64,000 bases of DNA, from positions 80,402-144,401 of the forward strand of contig CAJTXS010000001.1 of the NCBI GenBank assembly GCA_910583735.1, given 5' to 3'. Shown piece after piece: positions 37,101 through 49,100 of this stretch. The notes under the pieces are model-generated. The model was not told the origin of the DNA. It searched no databases and was given only the letters and a program-made list of their open reading frames with translations. Both the position numbers and the translations under genes were made by a program. How positions within the stretch are numbered: position 1 is the stretch's first letter; each line of letters begins with the position of its first letter. This DNA comes from an uncultured Christensenella sp. (lineage in GTDB: Bacteria; Bacillota; Clostridia; Christensenellales; UBA3700).

Positions 37101-40100
37101 ACGTCGGGATCGTATTCGGATTTCGAGCAAGTGGCTATTCTCCTTCAGATTAACTACATGGGTAAAGAGCTTATTGCGCTGGCAGTAAGGGACGGCGACG
37201 CATATCTCGATCTGTCGGGCATAGGCGCCGGAGTGATCAAGGTCACCGATAGCAGTACCCCGCTTACCGCCAACATTAAGAAAATGTTGGACGACATGAT
37301 AGGCAAAATCGAAATCGATATCGAAGAGAAGCTCAACGGTCTGCTGGGCATAGGTAAGCCTCAGCAGGGCAACGTCTCGACTCTTGCGACAGGCGGCGCA
37401 GATCAAGCCGCTAACGCTGCCGCGCCTATCGACACATCTTCTTTGATAGCAGCTATCATCGATATGGTAGTAATCAACGACTCTGTAATTAAGCTGTATG
37501 CTACCAGCGAGATGATCAAGGGCTTGCTCAATCAGTTCTTCTCCATCTCTCTCAACATAGAGCTCAACGGAGATATTGATATATTCAACGGCGAGGCGCA
37601 AGTCAACGTCAGTCTCAAGGATAGCGCAGACAAGGCAATAACTCTGTCCTTGGGTCTGTCTATCAATGCTATGACCAATGCCGAGCTCAGCGCTCTCGAG
37701 CAAGATCTTGACGGCAGAGCGGCGTCGTTCGACGGCGTAGTTATAGATTTAAGCAATATAGTTGGCAGCGTAGCCGATCTGTTGAACGGCTTGGATCTCT
37801 CCATAGAGCTGGACGTCAACTTCGGCGCCAACGACAATGTCAATCTCTGGGATGTAATCGGAGTTATATTGACTTCTTTGGTCAAGGCGGACGGAGCTGT
37901 TAACGACGTGTTCGAAGCTCTCGGCGAGCAAGGCTTCCGCTGGCAGCTTGATACGGCTACGGATATTAACCTTAAGCTGAAACTGGCTACGGACATCAGG
38001 ACTAAGACAGTCAATGGCGAAGAGGTCATAGACGAGGAGACCAGCGCTATCGTAGTCGGACTTATCGCCGGCACGGATTTGACTATAGGCTATGACGCCA
38101 CCGATAACAATCGCGAAGTCATAATCAAGCAGGGCGAGGGCATCTATCTCGTAATCAAGGGCGGCAAGCTCTATATCGACCTCAGCTGCGTACACATACT
38201 CGGACTTACTTTGCCCGTGCTTCGCGCAGATAACTTTGACGTAATGTCTTATCTCACTGGCATTGTCGGCGACGTCAAGCAGGCTGTAGACAAAATCTTC
38301 GGCGGCACAGTCCGGAGTGAGGCGGAAGGCGGCGACGAGGCTGCTACCGTCGGAAGTTCCGAGATGGCGCTTGACGGCGGCTCGGACGGAAGTATCTTGA
38401 TAGGTCAGGATATTACTTTCAGCATAGGACTAAAGGCTGTACTGTCTCTGCTTAGCGAGATGGGATTGGTTGATTTGACCGCGCTTAAGCTCGATTGGAA
38501 TATAGTCGCCACCACAGGCGTGCAGAACGGCTTGCTTAAGATAGCTATCGAGCATAACGGAGAGTCGACTCCTATAATCGGATTTAACGCGGCGCTTACG
38601 CTCGGCGTTAAGTTGCGCGGCGAAGCCGATCAAGAGGCGGACGCGGAGCGCGCCGATCTGTTGGATAAGGCAACAGGCGCCGATGTGAGATACGCGGACA
38701 GCACGAGCAACGTGATAGACGCTATGCTCAACAAGGTGCTCAATACTACGATTAAGCTGGGTATAAGCGCTCATAGCGCTTCCGATAAGTTCAATATATC
38801 AAGACTTCTGTCTCAGTTGATAGGTTTGATTGCTACGGGAAGCAACGGATTGGATAGCAGTAAGGCATTCAATATAGACGTATCCGATCTCGAGCGTCTG
38901 GAGTTGACTATAACGCTTAGCGGTAAGGCGGATAACCTGTCTCAGCTGTCTGCTATGATCCGCATTGATTCCGTATACAAGAACTATCAAGGAGTTGACG
39001 TTAATAACAAGATTCTTGCTATATATGTCGATTCCGGCAACTTGTATGCAGATTTGTCGGCATTGCTCAGTAATGTAAATATCATTAAGATCAACAATTC
39101 CGCAATCATGAATATACTGTCCGACACGCTCAACAAGCTGTTGTCGGGGGTCAATCTCGATCTTAACGATATCATTAATATCAAGCCTAAGGCTCAGCAA
39201 CCCGATGGCGGCGCATCTCTTGCGCCTGCCGCGGCTGCCGATGCCAATGCGCTCGATGTAGCGGAATTGATTAAGAGCGTAGCCAAGATAGTAAGGCTGC
39301 ACAATACTTCCATAGCGCTCGAGGCGAGCACGGATGCGATAGACCAATTGTTGTTCGGCATGTTCGGCATTCATCTCGATGTATTGGATGTTAACGGCGC
39401 CATTTATCTGATTAACGGCAGAGCGGAGCTTAACGCCAATATATACGACTATGACGGCAATGCGCTTACGGTCGGATTGGGTCTTTCTATTGCGGAGAAT
39501 GGCATAGACGAGACTGCGGCTCTTAAGAGTGCTATCGCTCACGCAGAGGCTACCGCGGTAGAGCTTGACTTCACCAATGGCAAGACGCTGGCTCAGACGG
39601 TACTGGATGTGCTCGGCGGAGTGAGCTTGCAGCTTGACGTCAAGGTGCAGTTGCCCGAGGGCGTATTCGGCATAGGCGATCTGCTGAGCGGATTCGGCAT
39701 CGATATAGCCGATGCCAATGCCTTCGAGTTGATTATCAGCGGCGGAGACTTGAGACTCGACGCTTCGCTGATAGCTAAGGCTGCCTTCGACTACGACAAT
39801 CCCAATAATACAACCGTCATGCTGGAAGTCGTCATGAATTCCGACGCGGTATTCGGAGCTGTCGGCGGCGAAGATAATATCGTATTCCACGCAGGCGACA
39901 GGATATTAGGTATATATATTAAGGGCTCCGAGCTGTATGTGGATTTGAGCAGCTTGACGCTTTTGGGTATAGAGTTGCCCGTGTATTATACCGCCAACTT
40001 CAATATCCAAGGCTTTATCAACTATTTACTTAATAAGTTGATCGGCGGATTGGACAGCATGATATTCGGCGAGTTTGCAGTTAATGCCGAGTATAGCGAC

Positions 40101-43100
40101 AGCGCCACCAAGATGGTTTGGAATCAGGTAGACGGAGCGGACGCTTATCTCGTCAAAGTTAACGGTGAGAAAGTCGGCACCGTGCTTGCCGATGCCGAGG
40201 TGGACGGAAAGTATGCGTTTACTCCCGCAGCAGATAAGTTGACAGGCATCTACACTGTAGAAGTAGTGCCTATGGTCAAGAAGGCTGTCGAAGGCTCCGA
40301 GCAGTTCAATTACGTTGAGATGGGCGGACGCATCGGTAAGTATACCAACGCCTTTAATCTGTATACCTCTTACGGCGCGGACGGAAGCGCCAACATCGCA
40401 TGGGATCGTATCAGCGGCGCGCAGTTCTACACCGTTAAGGTTAACGGCGAGAAGATTGCGGACACCGAAGAGACGAGCATCGTCATAGACAATCTTGTCG
40501 GCGGCGAAGTGATAGAGGTTGTGCCTTATAAGACTGTAGACGACGTAGTACAGGCGATTAACGATTATATCGGTAGGATAGTATTCAAGACATCGCAGGC
40601 TCCCGTAAGCACTGTCGCGGGCATCGACGACCTCGATGTCAACGAGCTATTCCTCTTGGGAATATCGAGAGATCAGATTAATATCAAGCTGTCTCTCGAT
40701 GCGGTACAGGCAATCTTGCAGGCGCTCAACCTCGACGTAGCTTTAGGCGGATACGACGCGGTAATCGACATTACGCTTAAGCCCAATCAGGATTGGCTCT
40801 CGCTCAGTTTCGAAAGCAATCTCGGCGAGGCATACGGCGGTACGAATGCTTCGGGCGAAATAGCTTTGAGCGTATTCGATATTTACAACGGAGACGCATT
40901 AGACGGCTTTAAGCAATCTTTGGCAAGCGACTCGATATGGGATATACTTGCCTCTAAGAAAGACAATGCATACAGCAATATCGTAGACGGCTTACTCGAT
41001 AAGATGCTTAATCTGTCCGCGACGCTCGATATAAGTGTGAGCGGAGATACGGCGCTCAATCTAAGGAATGTGCTCAACAGCGTATTCTCTCAGATAGATC
41101 AGCTTAAAGATTTGAGCATTACAGAGGACATCATGCTCGAGCTGTCCGGTCTCGATCTGCAGCTGGCGCTCAATTTGGGCATAGACCTGTCTTCAGTAAA
41201 TAATACGGTAATATCTATAGCGCTCAACGATATGCGCGGCGGTAAGAATAATCTGCTGGGTATACATCTGTTCCAAGGCAAACTTATCATAGATGCTACA
41301 GGTATAGCATTCGGCAGATACGTTATAGATGGCGCGGAGCTGTTCCAAGGTCTGTTCGATATGCTCAACGGCGCTATAAGCGGCTTGCGTAACGCTACGG
41401 ATATGGACGGCTTGCTCGATATGCTTTACGGTCTTGTCGACAAGACTCCCGAGCAGACCGGCGATAGCATTAGCATGGCGGATACCGAAGAAAAGGGCAA
41501 TTTGCCTGCGGGTACGCACAGTATTGCTGTAAGAGTGAGCACTGACGCCAACGCCGGTACGACGACCTTCTCTTGGGATAGCGTTCCTACGGCTATGAGA
41601 TATAGGCTCATGCTGTATTCGGGTTATGATTTGACCAATAAGACAAATCTTATAAGGGAAGCCGACTTCATGCCCGCAGGTCTTGATATCTGCAATACCG
41701 TAAGAGAGACCAGCGTAACATTCAGTACGGCGGCGCTGAACAAGATAGGATTTATCAAAGACTCCATGTCTCCTTTCGACGGCGTGTTGCAGTCGGGATA
41801 TTACTACTTCGTCGTAGAGGCTGTACGTAAGTACGGCGCTGACTCCGTCGAGCCCATTTACAGCGAGGACGGACTGGTTATCAACGGCGGCTATACCAAC
41901 TTCAGCGTGCTCAAGAGCATACTGAGTATGGTTAAGATTAAGAATGATAAGATAAGTCTTACTGCATCCGCTGCGACAATTAATAAGTTGCTTGCGGGTA
42001 CGCTCGGCATCAACTTCGATTGGGCAAGCGTCGTACTCGACATTGATCTCTTCGACGGTATAGGTAATCTTGACTTTACGGTAAGCGACGGCGACAGGGC
42101 TGTAATTGCCGACAATGTAACTTTGCAGAAGAACGCAACTTCAGTAGAGCTCGGTTGGGATACAGTAGAGAATGCCGATTACTATGAAATAAATATTACA
42201 GATATATCGGGTAAGAACAAGATAGATACCGTACAGGTGCATAGCGGAGATATGACCGTAAGCGGCAACAGAGCAAGCTACAGCGTAGATGCGACCGCTT
42301 ATCCTTGGTTGTTGACTAAGGAATTGCGTTACAGAGTAAGCGCGATATTCGACAGCGTAAATACCGCGGTAATCAATCTTACGCTTGCTACCGGCGATAA
42401 CGGTAGGGAGAAAGCCGTCGAGGCAATGAAAGAGAACGGTATCTTGGTTGAGTTCGGTGAAAATTCCGATTATACCATAGCGCCCGAGATTCCTTCGCTC
42501 AGCGAGATTAACGGCGTAAGCATTAAGCAGTTTGTAGAAGGAATACTTTCCGTAGTCAGACTCGAGGCTTCGCTCGATATATTCATCTCGAGAGGCTCGT
42601 ATAATATCAGCTCGCTCATCAACAGTCTGCTCGAGAAACTCAATCTCAATGTAGAGGGCTTGGACGAGTCCGGTATAGTATGGACTCTTACGGACGATCT
42701 TAGATTTACTATAGACCTCAAGTTGCTCTTCAGTCTCGGCGCGACAGCGGAAGATACTAAGTTCGTGCTCGAAGTTTCCAGCGGCGGTCTGTCGCTTACC
42801 GAAGCGGACGGCAGCGTAATAGGCGTCATCAACGAGGGACTGTTGCTCGGTCTGTATTATCAGAACGGTAATGCGTTCGTAGATCTGAGCAATGTGACGT
42901 TGCTCGGTATACAGATGCCTTGCTATACGTTTGATATAGATGTTCACGGTCTGCTAACGGATTTGATAGACAGTCTGTTCAAAGATTTCGACTTCTCCGT
43001 ACTCGGCAAGGGATTGTCGGTCAATGTGGAGGGAAATGCCAACGGCGACAGGTATGCGACTTGGAACAACTACAGCAAGAGCGCAGAGTATAAGGTAGAA

Positions 43101-46100
43101 GTGTTTAAGGCCGTGGATGGCGCGGACGGCGCTCTGTCTTGGGTCAGCGCCGGTTCGGTGACCGCTCCTGCGGGCGCTACAAGGGCTAATATAACATCTC
43201 TCGTAGGCAGAGACAGTCGTTATAAAGTAGAAGTGACGGCATTCGACGCCGAAGGCTCGGAGATAGCTAAAGACGAGAAGATATGCGGCGTAGAGGCGCA
43301 AGAGCAAAGGATGAGTCTTGCAAGCGATATGGATTCGCTCGATATGAGACAGCTGATAATGCTCGGCATCTCTTCGGATAAGTTGCACCTCGAAGTTACG
43401 ACTAAGGCGGTTGCTTCGCTGCTGGCAAGCTTCATTTCCGGCAATGAGACCGTAGCAATGATAACCGATATCCTCGGACTGTTCGATTTGAGGTTGGTTG
43501 GAGAGTGGCAGGCAAAAGAGGCGCTTACGCTTAAGTTGCAGGGCGATCTGTTCAATACCGATTTCAAGCCCGTTGCGGTAGCTTGCGACAATGTAAGCTA
43601 TGTCGTATCGGACGACTTGAGAGGCGTGACATTCACTTGGGACGAGATAGACGCCGCGGACGGTTACGAGTTGACAATTAAGAACAGTTCGGACGTTACG
43701 GTTGCTACAGCCAAGAGCGATACCAATAGCGTATATGTGCCTTTTGACAGTATATTCACTCAAGCTGTGCTTGCTCCTAACGGCGGCAGCTGGAGCGCGG
43801 TCGGAATTGTGGAGAATCCTCTCAATGTGACGCTTAAACTTCACACCGAGAAGTTGCTCAATCCCGACGAGATGGGCAAGGTGCCCGAAGAGATAGACGG
43901 TATACTTGCAGGCGTGGATATCGATAAAGCTAAGGAAGAGTACGGCTCTAAGCTCATTGCCGGCTTGCTCGACAAGATTTATAATCTCGACTTGAGCATA
44001 GCGCTTGATTTCAGTCAAGTGGACGGATTCAGCTTGTCCGAAGTATTGTCCGTAATGGTAGGCAATCTCATACTCGGCGCGACGGGTATATCCGTCGGCG
44101 AGCTTACCGACGCTTTGGATCTGCGTTTGAGCACCGATGCGACCACTGTGGCGCTCGATATCATGCTCAATGTGGATAGAGTGAATCCTGCGGACACGAA
44201 TATCGCCATACAGCTCAGTTCCGTAATCGGCGGATATAATAAGGACATATTGCTTGCGCTCTATATCTACAGCAACAAGCTGGTAGTAGATATGCGCGCT
44301 ATAGGCTTGAGAGCGTACGAGATACGCAATCTCGAGTACATCGTATCGCTACAGGAAGAGTTATTCGGACTGATTGACAGCCTCATCGGCGATATCGAGA
44401 TAGATATCACAGAGGTCATCGGCGGATTGCTCAATCCTAAGAACGATGTCAATGGCGACAATAACGGCGGAGATGTCTCGGATGAGCCCGGCGTTGGCGA
44501 CAGCGCGCTCGGAGAGGAGACGTTGCCTTCGATAGGCGTACGCGTAGTCAACTCCAGAGACAGCGAAGGCAATAGGGTAACCGCTCTTAAGTGGAATGAT
44601 GTAGACGGCGCAGTCAAGTATGTATTGACTATGCCCGCCGAGGACGGCAGCAAGACAGAGATTACATTGAGCGGCAACGAGTACGAGTTCGTATCTTCCG
44701 CTTCCGTCTACGGCAAGCCTTACGAAGTTAAGATAGAAGCATACAATGCCGACGATGTGCTCATCGCGGTAGGCAGCAGAGGCGCCAACGGGGTCATCGC
44801 ATCCCTGCTTAACGCGCTGTCCCTGCACAACTCCATTATCAGACTTGATGTGACGAGCGATATACTGGATACGATATTGTCTACGCTTCTTAAGGATATA
44901 AGCATCAATATGGATCCTATCGATTCGCTGGATGCAAATATAGACATCTTCAACGGCAACGCAGAGGCCAAGATAAATCTTGTCCTCAAGCAAGGCGAAA
45001 CGGGAGCCGTAGTCAACAATCTCGTGCTTGGCGCGACATTGGGACTTGCGATGGCGCCCGAGCTCTATAAGGTAGACAGCACAACGGGTATATCCGATCC
45101 CGATACGGTAATTCAGAAGTCCTTGGATGCAATAGGCGAAGTTACCGTAGTCGATCTCGGAGTCGGCGACCCTGCGGGCAGAATAGCCAACGCGATATTC
45201 AGCGCGCTGTCGACATCTTCGCTTTCGGTAGATATCTCCGTTGCGTTTAACGCGGGTACATACGACCTTGCCGAGCTTCTCAAGAGCTTCGGACTGGATA
45301 TACTCGGCGATACGCATCTGTATTGGACATTCAACCGTGATACGGAGATAGCGCTTACCTTAGAGCTCAGCGCGAGGATTTCGCCCAATGCTTACAATGA
45401 CAGTCTGTTACTGTTTGATATTAAAGCAGGCAACGATATTATCTTCCCTGCCGTAAGTTTGGGCGGTAAGAATTACGGCGAGTTCCGTATAGACGCGGGA
45501 GATTCGATTTTGAGCGTGTTCGGCAGGTCCAACACCAACGGCACCTCTTACATCTATCTTGACCTCTCCGGCTTCAGCGTACTCGGCATACCGTTGCCCG
45601 TACTCAGAGCGGAGTACAACTTCGGCAGGATGATCATCAATGAGATATATGACCTCGCCGCTAAGATAACCGGACAGTATAAGCCCGAGATATTCTACGA
45701 AGCTGACGATCAGGGCAATATGCGCCTATTCTGGGAGGCGAGAGAGTTCGGCGTAGAGCAGATCAAGTATGACTTTAAGGTGGTCAATGCCGATAACAAC
45801 GCAGAGATAGTTAACATCAAGGGCAGCGAATTCCTCAACGGAAGCAATGTAGTGGATACAAGCTATGTTCTCGGTAAAGACAAAGTTGCTACGCGTATGA
45901 ACGTAAGCATTACGGCATACTTTGAATACACTTTGACCGACGGCAAGCCCGCGCGCAGAATCGTTGCGGAGAATACCGCGTTCATTGACTTGTCTTCGCA
46001 AGCCGAAGTAGCAGAGTATAGCGCCGACGATGTCAATAAAGATACTCAGGATAAGGGTCTTGACATACTCGACACTGTTAAGCTCGAGTACACGGGTCTC

Positions 46101-49100
46101 AACAAGGCTCGCGCAAGCTGGCTCGCTAAGGAAGGCGTAGTAGCTTACGAGATCTATCTTGTATCTTCGGGCACGGGCGCAAGGATACCTATGTCCAGAG
46201 ATGTGGCGGAGCAAGGCAAAGCTACAGTCATAGGAGCAGGCAGAGTCGAGGGATACGATACGCTCGGTATTAACGGCGACGGCATCAAGCCCGGCACGGA
46301 AATATCCATAGAGATTGATACTTCTCCGTTGTTTGCGTCCGCAGGCAGCGCGCTCGGCAGATATCAATCGATGTTCGCATCGGGATTGAGCGCCCCCGCT
46401 CCTTCAATAGGCGACGTCAATAGCAGCGAGGATTACTACGGATATTATATAGTTGTCAACTGCTACGGCAATGTCAAGGAGACAGAGGATTCCGAAACTC
46501 CCGCGGTCGATAAATACGAGCTTGTGGCAAGGGGTGCGGCGGACAGCTATGGCGCCGTCAACGTCAACTTTGTTCCCAAGTCCGGAGCTGCGGCAGGTAA
46601 AGGCAACTATATAATCAGCTGGGACAATGTCCCCGGCGCTGTCAGATACAGCGTATTGCCTTACTACTCGCGCAAGAATATTACTTCTGCCGGCATGACC
46701 GTGGATTACATTGCGGTAGGCAAGAGCTCTTCCGCAGCGAGCGGCTACAACTTGAGCGATCTGCTTGTGACGGGCAATTTCGTCAATATATACAATGTGG
46801 ATTACTCGGGAGCTTATAACATAGAGTTGTGCGCATACGATACATACGGCAATATCGTCGGATATAGTGTGGTTACCAACTCCATAAAGGCTAACGGCGG
46901 TAAACTCGTGCCTATGGCAGTGATCGAGATAATAGCGAAGGCGGATCAGTTGGGTATAGTAGTCCAGCTGGATGCTGTAGCGGCTATGCTTGACGCCTTT
47001 GGCGTAAGTCTCGGCTCGTTTGACCTCGGCGCGCTCGATCTCGAGGCTGCTGTCGGACTTAAGACTTATGTAGAACGCGTAGTCAAGCCGACTGATGTCG
47101 GCGCTGATAAAGTGGATAGCGTAGATGTATACGGAGCGCATCTCAAGGGATTGAATTCGGGCTATGAGTATACCGTTAAGATAACGCATACCAATGAAGG
47201 CAGGCTCATCTCAGAGAAAGAGTACAGCTTGAACTCCGATTACAGCGGCAAGATGGATGTCGAGTTTATTATGAATGCGCTTGGCGAATATAACTTCTGC
47301 GTATTTGATAACAGCGGCGCTAAGGTGATTGATTTCACAAGCCGCACGCTCAAGAAGTATTGTCTCGACGTAGTCGGCGACTTGATGCAGAACGTCAATA
47401 CCGCGGGAGCGGTGGTGAACGCGGGCGAAACGAGCGGAAGCGTAACTGCCGCGATTAATTCCGGAGCATTGTCTTACACATGGTCCGCTATCGAAGGCGC
47501 TACCAACTACAGCGTCAGGGTAGATTACTTCAAGGATCTGTCCGTGAGCGGCGCGCCCGATGCGACAGAGACCAAGAGCGTGAGCGGAACATCGATGCAG
47601 AGCTCGTTGAGTCTCGAGCAAGGCTCATATCTCGTGACTGTTACGGCGGGCAACGGAGCTTCGTCGGGTAAGTATATACAGGTGATGTTCACTGTCGGAA
47701 GCAATAAGCAGCTCGCGAGTAACGCAGGCAAGGTGCTCGGACAGATAGGCGTGACTACAGACGGCCGTCTGATATACTGGAACGCTATGAGCGGAGCTTA
47801 TACCTACGGATTGGATATATGCGAGAGAGAGAACGGCAAAATCGTCAAGTCTGCGGTATATGACGGACTTACGGGCACGGTGCACAGCGTTACGCTCAAC
47901 CATGCCGGTTCGTACGATGTGATTGTCAGAGGATACGATGCCGACGGCAATATGTTGCCCGATATCTACAGCGCGCATATCGATGTGGGCGGCAGGTCCG
48001 ATTTTGTCATAAACGCTACTGTATCTTATGACGATATAGTAATAGGCGGCGGAGAGAGCGATTACAACAATCTGAGCAACCTAATTAACACAAAGGCCAA
48101 CGCTTATCACAGCGGCGACTATGCTACGACTGTAAGAATGTTGATGTTCAACTATCTGCAAGATGTGGGACTCGGACTCAAACTTGACCTGTCCGCGACC
48201 CAGACAGTCATCAATATGGCGGATATGATTAACAAGATATTCAACGCCGTCAACGGCACCTCGCCTATAGGCGCGCCTATCAGACTGGATATCAAGGGCA
48301 TACGCGACATGGGTATGACGCTCAATCTTGAGTGGCATCTCGACTATACCCGCAACAGCACCACGCAGATGGTTACCGGTATCAACGGTCAAGGTACTAC
48401 TCTCAAGGTCGAGTTGAACTATTACGAGGGCAACAATACCAAGACATTGCTCGGCTTCTATCTGAAGGATAGGTCCTTCTATATCGCGCTGCAAGGATTG
48501 GGATTGTTCAATATCAAGATGTCGTCCAACAGGATGATCAATAACCTTACCGGTACATTGTACTCCGTGCTCGACAACTTGACTCAGAAGCTGGACGACA
48601 CCATAGACGGGGCGCTTGGCACAGACGCCGGCGACGGTATCGACTTCAGCGTATTGCTCAAGGCTCTCTTGGGCGAATACGCAGAGATAGATCTCGGCAG
48701 TATAATCGTCGGCAACAGCGTTTTGGAAACCGACGAATTGCAGCCTGTGGCTAAGAGCGAATCGTTGCAAGACATGGATATCAGTTATATCATAACCAAG
48801 TTGCTCGGCGTGGTTTCGCTTGAGAATTCCTCGCTGCTTGTCAACGCTACTTCCGCGATAATCGATACGGTATTTGCGGATCTGCTGGGCGTAGAACTCG
48901 GTCTTGACTTGGATCTGTCCGTGCTGGTAGGCATACTTAACGGCGATATCGCAGCCAGCTTGCGTATCGACAACGTAACTATCCAAGCCGAGCTCGATTT
49001 GCACATCAATGACGGCAGCGATTACAGCGGACTCACAGTTCCCAATATGAACTTTATCGACCTCAATGTCGAGCAAAGCAGCGGTACGCAGCTTGCGATG

